DNA of 37,473 nucleotides. It comes from Octopus sinensis (lineage: Eukaryota). The translations under genes were made by a program, and so were the position numbers. The notes under the pieces were generated by a model. It did no database searches, was not told the origin of the DNA, and worked only from the letters and a program-made list of their open reading frames with translations. The stretch lies in assembly GCF_006345805.1 (NCBI RefSeq), contig NW_021836812.1, positions 1 to 37,473 of the forward strand, in the 5' to 3' direction. This document shows, piece by piece, positions 37,405-37,473 of the stretch (its first letter is position 1; each line of letters begins with the position of its first letter).

Positions 37405-37473
37405 CATATATACATATAACATACATACATACATATACATTTATGTATATATGTATATATGTATATATAAACT

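Overview
AT-rich, microsatellite-dense animal DNA. The SINE and retroelement families look like those of Octopus or another coleoid cephalopod; this is recognition from memory, not a search result. I see no intact host protein-coding gene, and most ORF-track entries are translations of simple repeats. The window is a nested patchwork of mobile elements. It holds Penelope-like elements (PLEs), including an RT/GIY-YIG remnant flanked by ~730-bp inverted pseudo-LTRs, and several restriction-like-endonuclease (RLE) non-LTR fragments (R4/Dong-like, CRE-like, HERO-like). It also holds LINE 3' ends, two tRNA-derived SINE families (one with clear target-site duplications) and a fold-back mariner derivative. 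Three themes stand out. (1) There are several minimal hammerhead ribozyme motifs, one with a compensatory U3-A8 core pair. (2) A short non-coding element built as tRNA-like B-box + (TAA)n + hammerhead tail is inserted twice as a head-to-head palindrome, resembling a PLE-mobilised SINE/retrozyme. (3) Different retroelements each sit in their own microsatellite type (TA, TAA, TACA, GATA). Coordinates were counted by eye and may be off by a few bases.
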